52,184 bases of DNA from a virus (Duplodnaviria; Caudoviricetes): the IMG/VR virus record IMGVR_UViG_3300044858_004443, positions 1-52,184 of that record. The stretch is one strand, 5' to 3'. The translations under genes and the position numbers were made by a program. Numbering within the stretch: the stretch's first letter is position 1; each line of letters begins with the position of its first letter. Under the pieces are notes generated by a model. It saw only the letters and a list, made by a program, of their open reading frames with translations, made no database searches and was not told where the DNA came from. This document shows positions 28,166-36,512 of this stretch, one piece after another.

Positions 28166-28366
28166 GTGGCAATTAGAAGATTTATTTTTATTGTAGAAGG
28201 AGATGCTTTTATGCAATTACAATTTGATGACGAATCACAAGGGCAAAAGTCACAGGGGTGGGCTGCAGGATTATTAAGTTCGCCAACAGTTATTGAGGTA
28301 ACAAATCAGCCAGAAGTTGTTCCTGGGTGGACTTGGGATGGGGTCCAATTTAGTCAACCCCAATGA
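28166..28366 (+). CDS. Small hypothetical protein (tail-fibre accessory-like, GWTWDG motif)
   Basis: Good SD; C-terminal PGWTWDG..F..P motif seen in small fibre-adjacent phage proteins. Confidence 0.55.
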   Translation: MAIRRFIFIVEGDAFMQLQFDDESQGQKSQGWAAGLLSSPTVIEVTNQPEVVPGWTWDGVQFSQPQ

Positions 28367-28590
28367 AAAGTGCTTGGCAGGAGTTTAAAGAAAAGGTAGG
28401 GGATGCTAAACCGTGGCATTTGCTTAATCAATCAAATTATGCTGAAGATTCTGTTTCATCATATAGATATGAAATATGTAGCTCTTGTGATGAATTGATT
28501 AATCTTACTAAGCAATGTAAAAAGTGTGGTTGTGTAATGACCATGAAAACAAAATTGCAGGTTGCTTCATGCCCTCTGGGAAAATGGTAA
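28363..28590 (+). CDS. Small Cys-rich protein (CxxC...CxxCGC...CP..KW)
   Basis: RYEICSSC...QCKKCGCVM..KTKL..ASCPLGKW; six Cys. Confidence 0.7.
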   Translation: MKSAWQEFKEKVGDAKPWHLLNQSNYAEDSVSSYRYEICSSCDELINLTKQCKKCGCVMTMKTKLQVASCPLGKW

Positions 28591-29183
28591 ATCCAATTCA
28601 TCTTGCACCTGGCATCTCCGTATATCAGATGCCAATGGGAAAAGTTAATGAGTGGTGCGAAATTTTTAAAACACATGGTGAGCCATTTTTGGGATATGGA
28701 AGAGTTGTCCATAATGACGGTGGGGATTATCATTCAGTAGTAAATTTAGACCATAGAAGGTGTAAACTTTTTTCAACGAGTAGTTTTTCTGAATGTCATG
28801 ATGATGATCCAATAAAAAAATTGTCTGCTGAAGTTGAAAATGCAGTTTGGGAAAATATTCAATTATTTTCAAGGCATTACAATGTTAGTAAGGTTGCCAA
28901 AAATCATGATATTATCTTTTTAAGATATGAGGCTGGGGATTTTTTTAAAGATCACAATGATGATTCTGCATCTCATCCAAGAACTGTTTCTGCTACTGCA
29001 TATTTTAATGATGATTATGATGGCGGGGAGATATGCTTTAGATATTTTGATATCAAATATAAGCCAAAAAAAGGGGATTGCATAATCTTCTCGTCGGCAT
29101 TTCCATATATGCATAGAGTTGAGCCAGTAACAAATGGAGTCAGATATGCAGCTGTAAATTGGTACAAGTATGTTCTCCAGTAA
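28584..29183 (+). CDS. 2OG-Fe(II) oxygenase, prolyl-4-hydroxylase-like
   Basis: LRYEAGDFFKDHND (HxD), YFNDDYDGGE, HRVEPVTNGVRYA (distal H and R). ATG 28584 overlaps the upstream stop. Confidence 0.9.
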   Translation: MVNPIHLAPGISVYQMPMGKVNEWCEIFKTHGEPFLGYGRVVHNDGGDYHSVVNLDHRRCKLFSTSSFSECHDDDPIKKLSAEVENAVWENIQLFSRHYNVSKVAKNHDIIFLRYEAGDFFKDHNDDSASHPRTVSATAYFNDDYDGGEICFRYFDIKYKPKKGDCIIFSSAFPYMHRVEPVTNGVRYAAVNWYKYVLQ

Positions 29184-29231
29184 AATTCTATTCCCATCGT
29201 ATATTTAGCGAAAATGATGTATAATAGATAA

Positions 29232-29894
29232 ATGGCATACGAGAACTATATATTTGTTTCATGGACAGACGGAACGCCGATATCTTCAGACCGCTTAGCG
29301 CAGATGTCTATGAACATGGAACAAATTAGAGATGCCAATGATGCTAAGCCACAAGGTGTTCTAGAATTTATTGAAACAACTTCTGGAAATGTAGTTGCTA
29401 ATGTTGGTAGTTCTGATACTCAAATTTTAGCCCTGACCAATCCAGGTGGTGGTTCAGACCAAAGAGTTACTATTGATCAAAATAGATTTTATAAAATCAC
29501 ATGTGTATTTCCTGGCTTCACTGTGCAAGGCAAAGGAGCTGAAGATGCAATCCTTAAACTTAAAGTGTACAATGCGGTGTCTGCCGGCTACGGCTCGTCA
29601 GCTCCGCTGATGGTATGGAACTTTGCAATACCACCTTATGACTTTTATAATACAGCAGCAAATGCAAACACTGTTACATCTTCTATGAAGGCAAGTGATA
29701 CTGTAACTGTTGGTGCAGGAACATATTCTGTGTATTTAGAGAGTGGTGGTGGATTAACGGCAAACTCATTCTCTGCTGCCGTAGCAAGAGTCGGCGGCAC
29801 ATCGGGATTGACAAATGCTCCCACAATTTCAGTTAACCCCAGCGCTACAGAAAGATTGCAGCTAATAGTGGAAGATGTTGGTGCAAGTGTCTGA
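29232..29894 (+). CDS. Putative virion structural protein
   Basis: N-terminal W..GTPIS.DRL.QM..N motif typical of fibre/baseplate anchors; beta-rich; lies at the end of the tail module. Confidence 0.5.
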   Translation: MAYENYIFVSWTDGTPISSDRLAQMSMNMEQIRDANDAKPQGVLEFIETTSGNVVANVGSSDTQILALTNPGGGSDQRVTIDQNRFYKITCVFPGFTVQGKGAEDAILKLKVYNAVSAGYGSSAPLMVWNFAIPPYDFYNTAANANTVTSSMKASDTVTVGAGTYSVYLESGGGLTANSFSAAVARVGGTSGLTNAPTISVNPSATERLQLIVEDVGASV

Positions 29895-30342
29895 TGATGT
29901 TCTTTTAGCTTCAAGAAGAAAAGATATAGAATGGACAGCTAAAACTGTTCATGGTGAAAACAACCCTAACTATGGTGGTGGAAAATATATAGATGATAAA
30001 GGGTATGTTAGGATATTAAATCCAGAACACAAGTATAATATTAAAGGCTATGTGTATGAGCATCGTCTTGTGTTTGAAACATATTTAAGTAGATATCTTG
30101 AGCCGTGGGAGACAGTTCATCATATAAATGAAATTAAAACTGATAATCGTGTGGAAAATTTATATCTGTGTACAGTTTCTGAACACAGCGCTATTCATAG
30201 AGAGGGAAGAAAGCCATCTGAGCAACATAGAGCAAAAATGAGGCAAACGATGCGTCGTAAAAATGATGAAAAAAGAGAGAAGTCTAAAATAAATCCAAAG
30301 AATGTTTCGGCTAATCCGGAGTCGCCAGAAAATAGTGTATAA
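29875..30342 (+). mobile_element. Free-standing HNH homing endonuclease (start uncertain, 29875-29887)
   Basis: GENNPNYGGG, YVYEHRLV, VHHINEIKTDNRVENL...EHSAIH; C-terminal NUMOD3-like SEQHRAKMR. Confidence 0.85.
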
Positions 30343-30350
30343 TTGACCTT

Positions 30351-31517
30351 ATGAAAATTTGCGAAGCTAAGGGCTGCAATCAAGAATTTGAGCCCAAATC
30401 TGCCAATCATAAATACGCTGATAAAGATTGCCGAAAGTCAATTGACATTGGTGGTCTTTGTAAGTTCCGAAGAGAGAAAGGATTATTTGAAGTGCCGGTA
30501 GATCCAGTATCTGGCAAAAAGCCAGAATCAGAGGCGGAGGTAAAAGTCGCCTACACTAGATTGTTGCAAGAATACAATAAGTTAAAGAGTAAAAGTGATG
30601 ATTTAGTTTCTGCTGTATATCAAGCAGTTAGGGAAGACATCGCATCAACAAAAAGCAAGCCTGTCCCTAAGCCAAAGGTGGATAGAAGAAAAGGTGCAGA
30701 AGAGGTCGCAGTTGCTATACTGTCAGACTGGCAGTTATCAAAAGTGACTCCCGACTATAACTCAAGTGTATGCGAAGAGAGAATTTATAAATACGCAGAG
30801 AAGGTTATTAATTTAACTAACATACAAAGAAAAGACCATCCAGTAAGGGAGGTTAGAATATGGGCTCTTGGTGACATAATTGAGGGTGAGCTTATTTTCC
30901 CCGGTCAGTCTTTCTTGGTAGATGGCGGATTGTATCGTCAAATTACTGTTGATGGTCCAAGAATTATGAAAAATTTTATTAACATGATGCTTGAGAACTT
31001 TGAAAAAGTAACTTTTGTTGGTGTTATTGGTAATCATGGCTCCATAGGTGGCAGGGCAAGAAGAGATCATGATCCAGAAACCAATGGTGATAGAATGCTT
31101 TATCGTATAACTCAGCTAATGTTTGAAAAAGAACCAAGAGTCAAGTTTGTTATCCCAGATGGCAGAGGTGAACGCCATTGGTATGCTGTGGATAAAATTG
31201 GTCAATACAAAGCAATGCTTTGTCATGGAGACCAGTTTGGAAGTCTTTCATCCTTCTATGCTTTCCAAAAGAAAGCTTATGGATGGAAGATTGGAGCTAT
31301 AGGAGAAGATTTTGATGATATCTTTATCGGTCACTTCCATACTCCGACAAAGATGACCTTCAATACAGTTCAGTTAAGAATAGCAGGCAGTCCGGAATCT
31401 GTTAATACATATGCTGCCGAAACATTAGCTGCTGCTGGAAGACCATCGCAATCATTAATATTCGTACATCCCGAGAAAGGTATAGTAACAGCAGAATATA
31501 ACTGCTGGTTAGATTAA
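30351..31517 (+). CDS. Calcineurin-like metallophosphoesterase with an N-terminal Cys-rich segment
   Basis: SDWQ, LGDIIEG, GNHG, HGD and GHFH motifs. Confidence 0.85.
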   Translation: MKICEAKGCNQEFEPKSANHKYADKDCRKSIDIGGLCKFRREKGLFEVPVDPVSGKKPESEAEVKVAYTRLLQEYNKLKSKSDDLVSAVYQAVREDIASTKSKPVPKPKVDRRKGAEEVAVAILSDWQLSKVTPDYNSSVCEERIYKYAEKVINLTNIQRKDHPVREVRIWALGDIIEGELIFPGQSFLVDGGLYRQITVDGPRIMKNFINMMLENFEKVTFVGVIGNHGSIGGRARRDHDPETNGDRMLYRITQLMFEKEPRVKFVIPDGRGERHWYAVDKIGQYKAMLCHGDQFGSLSSFYAFQKKAYGWKIGAIGEDFDDIFIGHFHTPTKMTFNTVQLRIAGSPESVNTYAAETLAAAGRPSQSLIFVHPEKGIVTAEYNCWLD

Positions 31518-31765
31518 TGAAAAGTATCCATATTCCAGAGATAAAAAGTTATTATAAAAATAATGAATTGCTTTGCACACATTGTGCTGGCAAAATGATG
31601 ACCGGTGTTCAATATTATGCAATGAAAAGATCTTGGATAGATTTAACATGCATTATTTGTGCACGAGGTGTCGATGTTGAGGTTGGTGAATTAAATAGGA
31701 TTCTAACAGAATTTAATTTTAAACCAATAAAGGAAAGATATGTCGCTTCAGGACAAAATAATTAA
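31517..31765 (+). CDS. Zinc-ribbon protein
   Basis: CTHCAGKM ... CIICA. Confidence 0.6.
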   Translation: MKSIHIPEIKSYYKNNELLCTHCAGKMMTGVQYYAMKRSWIDLTCIICARGVDVEVGELNRILTEFNFKPIKERYVASGQNN

Positions 31766-32174
31766 GAATAAATTTTACAAGTATTCTGACACAATTGTAA
31801 AAATTAAAAAAATTGTAAAGAATATGAATCAGATCTATGCTGTAGATCTTGGAAGTAAAAAAGAAGTTATTTTTCCTCATCAAAATTCAGAATTAATTTT
31901 GCACAGAATCTACACAATAGGAGAGGTCGCAAAGATAGTTGAGAAACGACCAGACACTATAAGGAAATATGAGAAACGCAATTTGATTCCAAGTGGAAAA
32001 AAATTTAGCGAAAATTGCGAAGGTTATAAAAATTGGCGCTATTATGAGAAGCAAGATGTGTACGACATGGTGGAATTCTTTAACGGAAGAACACCTGGGC
32101 GACCATCTACAAGCAAACCAGTAAGTGCTAAAGTTATAAGAATGTCACAAAAAATCAAACTAAAAAGGAGCTGA
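31740..32174 (+). CDS. MerR-like HTH DNA-binding protein
   Basis: YTIGEVAKIVEKRPDTIRKYEKRNLIP...WRYY. Confidence 0.8.
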   Translation: MSLQDKIIKNKFYKYSDTIVKIKKIVKNMNQIYAVDLGSKKEVIFPHQNSELILHRIYTIGEVAKIVEKRPDTIRKYEKRNLIPSGKKFSENCEGYKNWRYYEKQDVYDMVEFFNGRTPGRPSTSKPVSAKVIRMSQKIKLKRS

Positions 32175-32176
32175 TT

Positions 32177-32392
32177 ATGGCACAAGTAAATAAAATTAAT
32201 GAAGGTCAAGTCGAAATTTGGGCATCTGTTGGGATTACAAAAAATCTTGGCAATTATGAATCATTAAGACTAGATGCCGGTGCAAGGGTTGTTTGTAGCG
32301 GTATTGAAGATGAAAGTGCATGGAAGAAGTTATGGGATGTAGTTGATTCCCAGATTGAATCCAAACTTCAAGAGTTGGATGCGGAAAAGTGA
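32177..32392 (+). CDS. Hypothetical protein (GITKNLGNYESLRLDAG family)
   Basis: Conserved-looking phage motif; SD AAGGAG. Confidence 0.6.
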   Translation: MAQVNKINEGQVEIWASVGITKNLGNYESLRLDAGARVVCSGIEDESAWKKLWDVVDSQIESKLQELDAEK

Positions 32393-32682
32393 TATCAAGC
32401 TGGAGAAAGAAAGCGCTGTGTCTAATTGATAAAAACAGCAAGTATTGGTTCTCATATAAGCGTGACGAGGTTGAATATGCTAAATCGGTTTGTCAATCTT
32501 GCACAGTTAGAAAAGAATGTATACTCCATATGTGGGAGACAGAATCTTTTTATGGCGTAAATGGGGGTCTTTCTGAATATGATGTTATGCAAGAAACATG
32601 GAAGCAGGTGAATAAGGCAGATGATACCAACTGGAAACGAACTGATCGAGTTCTTCAAAGACTCTTGCAAAAAGTATCATAA
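32389..32682 (+). CDS. whiB: WhiB-family Fe-S transcription factor
   Basis: W...A.C ... AK.VC..C.V...C ... YGVNGGLSE; four-Cys WhiB spacing. Confidence 0.85.
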   Translation: MISSWRKKALCLIDKNSKYWFSYKRDEVEYAKSVCQSCTVRKECILHMWETESFYGVNGGLSEYDVMQETWKQVNKADDTNWKRTDRVLQRLLQKVS

Positions 32683-32923
32683 ACTTTTTATACCAGATTC
32701 CCCTAGGCAGGAACAGGTAGCTGACGCATTAGCTTCTTTTTATAAGAAAGAAAATTTAGAAGGTGCAATAGAATATTTTGTAAAATCACGCCCAGGTCCA
32801 TTCTTGGTGTTTGATTTTGCTGTAGAATCTAGAGCATTCGTGGAAAGGGTTGAATTCGAGAAAAAGTCACAAGACAAATTTAAAGACATTGTACAGGAAA
32901 CTAAAAAAAGATTGGAATCTTAA
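32621..32923 (+). CDS. Hypothetical protein upstream of the helicase
   Basis: ORF coupled to the helicase start (TAATG). Confidence 0.6.
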   Translation: MIPTGNELIEFFKDSCKKYHKLFIPDSPRQEQVADALASFYKKENLEGAIEYFVKSRPGPFLVFDFAVESRAFVERVEFEKKSQDKFKDIVQETKKRLES

Positions 32924-34137
32924 TGAACTATGAGGTTAGGTTGCTTAACGCAATCATTGACTCTAAAGACTATGTATCTGCTGTAAATGGCGGTGTTGAG
33001 AATGTATTCTTAGAGCATAGAGACATATGGAATTTTGTTGTAAATCATTACGAGGACCACAAGAGAGTTCCATCAAAAGAGACTGTGAAGCAACACCATC
33101 CGGACTTTGAATTTATTTCTACACCGGAACCGATTGCTTATTACATTGATGAAGCAAAGAAAGAATCGCTTGCTTATCAAACAAGAAGTATTGTATCTAA
33201 GGCTCACACTTTAATTGGTGACGCTGGTGCTAGACAGGCGCTGTCATTTTTGATGGAGGAGACTTCTAAGCTTTATAAGTTCTCTAGTAATTTAAAAGAT
33301 ACCGATTTAGTTGGTGAGTGGAAAGATCGTGCTGACGATCTCAAAGAGAGGTCCAAAAATAAAAAAGATATACAAGGCATACCGTCAGGTATTAATGTAA
33401 TTGATAAAGTATTTGGCGGATGGCAACCGGGGGATTTTATTGTCCTTCTTGGCTGGACAGGTGTTGGTAAATCATTTATTGCAAGATTGTTTGCAGTTAA
33501 TGCTTGGAAGGCTGGTTATAGACCGCTCATCATTTCACTAGAAATGAATAAGCAGCAAGAAGGGCAAAGACTTGATACGTTGCTTAATAACGGTGAAGGG
33601 CATTTTACCAACACCGACTTGGTTAAAGCAAATCCAGAAATTCTTGAAACTTATGAAAAATGGGCTGAGGTAACTTTCACCGGTAAACATGCTATACATC
33701 TTGTTACATCAGAAGGTCTTGAAACTGCAGATCAAAACATGGTGCAGGCAAAGATTGACCAATATCATCCAGACATTGTGATTCTTGATTATCATGGCTT
33801 ATTTGATGATGCATCAGGTTCTAAAACAGAAACAGAAAAGGCTAAGAATCTTTCTAAAGCTTTTAAAAGAATAGCTGTTAAGAATGGTGTTCCTATAATA
33901 GATGTTGCAGCAGTAACAATGGCTGATGGTCATTCGGAAAGACCACCGGAGCTTGAGGAAGTCGCTTGGAGTAAGCAATTGGCATATGATGCTGATTTGG
34001 TGCTGGCTATACATCGAGAGATGTCGTCAGACTTATTTCAAGTGGTGTCTAGGAAAGTAAGGCGAGCTTCACACTTCGGCTTCTATCTTAGATGGAATTT
34101 AGAAACAGGTAAATGGTCAGAGGAGTGGGATATTTAA
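32923..34137 (+). CDS. dnaB: DnaB-like replicative helicase
   Basis: GIPSG...IDKVFGGWQPG, Walker A GWTGVGKS, SLEM, Walker B ILDY, and YDADLVL. Confidence 0.9.
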   Translation: MNYEVRLLNAIIDSKDYVSAVNGGVENVFLEHRDIWNFVVNHYEDHKRVPSKETVKQHHPDFEFISTPEPIAYYIDEAKKESLAYQTRSIVSKAHTLIGDAGARQALSFLMEETSKLYKFSSNLKDTDLVGEWKDRADDLKERSKNKKDIQGIPSGINVIDKVFGGWQPGDFIVLLGWTGVGKSFIARLFAVNAWKAGYRPLIISLEMNKQQEGQRLDTLLNNGEGHFTNTDLVKANPEILETYEKWAEVTFTGKHAIHLVTSEGLETADQNMVQAKIDQYHPDIVILDYHGLFDDASGSKTETEKAKNLSKAFKRIAVKNGVPIIDVAAVTMADGHSERPPELEEVAWSKQLAYDADLVLAIHREMSSDLFQVVSRKVRRASHFGFYLRWNLETGKWSEEWDI

Positions 34138-34319
34138 TGAGTAAAAAAATAAACAAAGTTATCGTTTCCGGCGAGGTCGTAGACATTGAAACACTGTCTA
34201 GATTGAGACCTTGGATGGAAGATGAGGCAAAAAAGAAAAAAGGGAAGTTTGGAAAGACTAGTTTAATGACGGATTATGATGCGAAGCGTGATGTCTACAA
34301 ATTCAAAATTTACGTCTAA
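34137..34319 (+). CDS. Hypothetical protein
   Basis: ATG 34137 is coupled to the helicase stop. Confidence 0.55.
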   Translation: MSKKINKVIVSGEVVDIETLSRLRPWMEDEAKKKKGKFGKTSLMTDYDAKRDVYKFKIYV

Positions 34320-35217
34320 ACAATTAGAGGAAGAGATATACGATCTATTTGCCAAATACTCAGTTCCTGTTCAGGCTGTTAATGGTCAAGAGTTAAACGT
34401 ATTTTGCCCTTTCCACAAAAATGTTCATAGTGCGGCTATGTATATAAATACCAAGACAGGATTGTGGCAATGCTTTAATCCTTCATGTGGGAAGAAGGGT
34501 AATTTTAGACAATTATACTTTCATCTTACAGGTAAGTCGTATGGCAAAGATTTTGCATTAGACAAGGTGTCTATTGAAAAACAATTGAATAGCTACAAAT
34601 ATGTAAAAGAAAATGTTGACGAGCTTGTGCTTGATAATATTTTAATTAACTATGATAATCAAGAAGATGTTGCAAAAATATCAACACTTGTTGAGCGTGG
34701 ATTGTCATTGCAAACACTTCAGTATTTTGAAGTTGGTTTCTCAAATGAGAAGAATAGAGTTGTGATACCAGTCAGAGCCCAAAATTATAAATTGACAGGC
34801 TTTATAGGTAGAGCTATTGAATCACATCAGGAACCAAGATATTTGTATAATAAAGGATTTAAAAGAGCGGATAATTTGTTTAATGTACAAAATGCAAAAC
34901 AACACCCAACATGTATAATTGTTGAAGGTAGTGTGGATTGTATGTTTGTACATCAAGCTGGTTTTCCAAATGTTATTGCTACGCTCGGCGCTGCTATTTC
35001 AGAAAAACAAGTCAAGATGATCAGAAAGTTCTTTGATAATATAATTATATTTTCTGATAACGATGACGCTGGAATCGCAATGCGGCGTGGTATTATAGAG
35101 ATGTGTCGAGGGAAAAATCTCTCGTTCGCAAGCATTCCTTCTGGATTGAAAGATCCAGGTGAAATGAGTAGTAATGAAATACAGCAAGCAATAAACAACA
35201 AAAATCAAATTATATAG
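34276..35217 (+). CDS. dnaG: DNA primase (CHC2 zinc finger plus TOPRIM); start possibly 34291
   Basis: CPFH...CFNPSC, GFIGR, IVEGSVD, DNDDAG and KDPGEM. Confidence 0.9.
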   Translation: MMRSVMSTNSKFTSKQLEEEIYDLFAKYSVPVQAVNGQELNVFCPFHKNVHSAAMYINTKTGLWQCFNPSCGKKGNFRQLYFHLTGKSYGKDFALDKVSIEKQLNSYKYVKENVDELVLDNILINYDNQEDVAKISTLVERGLSLQTLQYFEVGFSNEKNRVVIPVRAQNYKLTGFIGRAIESHQEPRYLYNKGFKRADNLFNVQNAKQHPTCIIVEGSVDCMFVHQAGFPNVIATLGAAISEKQVKMIRKFFDNIIIFSDNDDAGIAMRRGIIEMCRGKNLSFASIPSGLKDPGEMSSNEIQQAINNKNQII

Positions 35218-35225
35218 GAGAAAAT

Positions 35226-35867
35226 ATGACATTTACATCAGTTAAAACATTAAAAGACCTTGAAAAGGCAGTAACACCAACAGGTGGAAAGAACGGTCCA
35301 AAACGGTTCTTCACTGTTCAAGCAGGGCAGTCATTCCGTATCAGATTCAGACAAGAGCTGACGGAAGACTCAAAAAACTATTCAGAAGATACTGGTACAG
35401 GAATTACTGTTCCGGTAGTGACTTCACCAATCAATTGGAAGTGGAGAGTCGCTTCAACATCTTCGTTACAAGAATTCAATTACAGATGCTGGGCTAGTGA
35501 GCAGGCTGTGGTTGATAAGGCTTGGAGACCAAAGCCGCATCTGTTGATCAATATTGCAGTTGAGACAGAGCCAGGTGTTTGGGAGCCAAGGGTGCTCGAT
35601 ACAACTTTTAATCAGCGTCATGTTGGTTTAACACTTATCGAGTATGCCAAGGAATTTAGCACTGTTACCGATAGGTATTACAAGTATTCACGCACAGGTT
35701 CTACTGCTGCCGATACAAACTACTCACTTATCCCGCTGGATGTATCTCCAGAGCCAAAGGCGATTACAGATTTGCCAATGCATCAATTGGACAATGTGTA
35801 TATGAAGTTGCCATATGAAAAGCAACAAGTGTTCTTAACTACCGGTGAACTAAAAGATAATTGGTAA
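35226..35867 (+). CDS. Single-stranded DNA-binding protein (putative)
   Basis: RIRF..EL and YKYSRTG...DTNYSLIP motifs of actinophage-type SSBs; follows the primase; SD AGGAG. Confidence 0.65.
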   Translation: MTFTSVKTLKDLEKAVTPTGGKNGPKRFFTVQAGQSFRIRFRQELTEDSKNYSEDTGTGITVPVVTSPINWKWRVASTSSLQEFNYRCWASEQAVVDKAWRPKPHLLINIAVETEPGVWEPRVLDTTFNQRHVGLTLIEYAKEFSTVTDRYYKYSRTGSTAADTNYSLIPLDVSPEPKAITDLPMHQLDNVYMKLPYEKQQVFLTTGELKDNW

Positions 35868-35874
35868 GAATAAG

Positions 35875-35945
35875 TGGGGGGTAGCTTAAGCAAAGCGCTA
35901 GTTATCCATAAATTAGAGATGGTGGTGCAAATCCATCCTCCCCAG
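35875..35945 (+). tRNA. Atypical tRNA-like element (best reading anticodon CCA/Trp; may be a pseudo-tRNA)
   Basis: Acceptor TGGGGGG/CTCCCCA, D stem GCTT/AAGC, anticodon arm CTAGTT-ATCCATA-AATTAG, T arm GGTGG-TGCAAAT-CCATC, discriminator G. Confidence 0.65.
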
Positions 35946-35958
35946 CAAAAGAGGTAAA

Positions 35959-36510
35959 ATGAAAAAAATAAATGAATCTATTGTATTAGATTTAGACGGT
36001 GTAATAGCAAATATTGATGCCTCAATGTATCAGTTGCTTAATAGTCGTGGTGTGCCAATTGAAGAAATGGAATATGGCAAATGGTTGATATCTAATACTA
36101 ATGATAAAAAAGCATTGGAGATATTTAATGATCCATTGTTTTGGGCAAATATGAAACCATATGAAGATGCTTGGTATCAAGTAAATCACTGGTTTAGTAT
36201 TGGGTACAATATTTATATTGTTACAGCAAGAAAACAAGTGAATGCAGTTGAGCAAACTTTACCTTGGTTGGAAAAATGGAATATCAATTCGCAAGTTCCA
36301 CTTTTCTCTAATTTTGAAGAGAAAATTAACATTATAAAAAATATTAATCCAATTTTTGTCGTAGAAGATAATCCGGCAGAAATAGCAGTGCTTCAGTCAG
36401 CAGGGATTAAATGTTATCTCAGAAAACAGTGGTATAACCAGGAATTCTGGGGGAAATACGATACAATAGACACCTTATACGATATTGAGCCGCTACCAAC
36501 ACAGGAGTAA
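35959..36510 (+). CDS. HAD-family 5'(3')-deoxyribonucleotidase-like protein
   Basis: LDLDGVIAN, IVTAR, T..WL, VEDNP and WYN motifs. Confidence 0.8.
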   Translation: MKKINESIVLDLDGVIANIDASMYQLLNSRGVPIEEMEYGKWLISNTNDKKALEIFNDPLFWANMKPYEDAWYQVNHWFSIGYNIYIVTARKQVNAVEQTLPWLEKWNINSQVPLFSNFEEKINIIKNINPIFVVEDNPAEIAVLQSAGIKCYLRKQWYNQEFWGKYDTIDTLYDIEPLPTQE

Positions 36511-36512
36511 AA

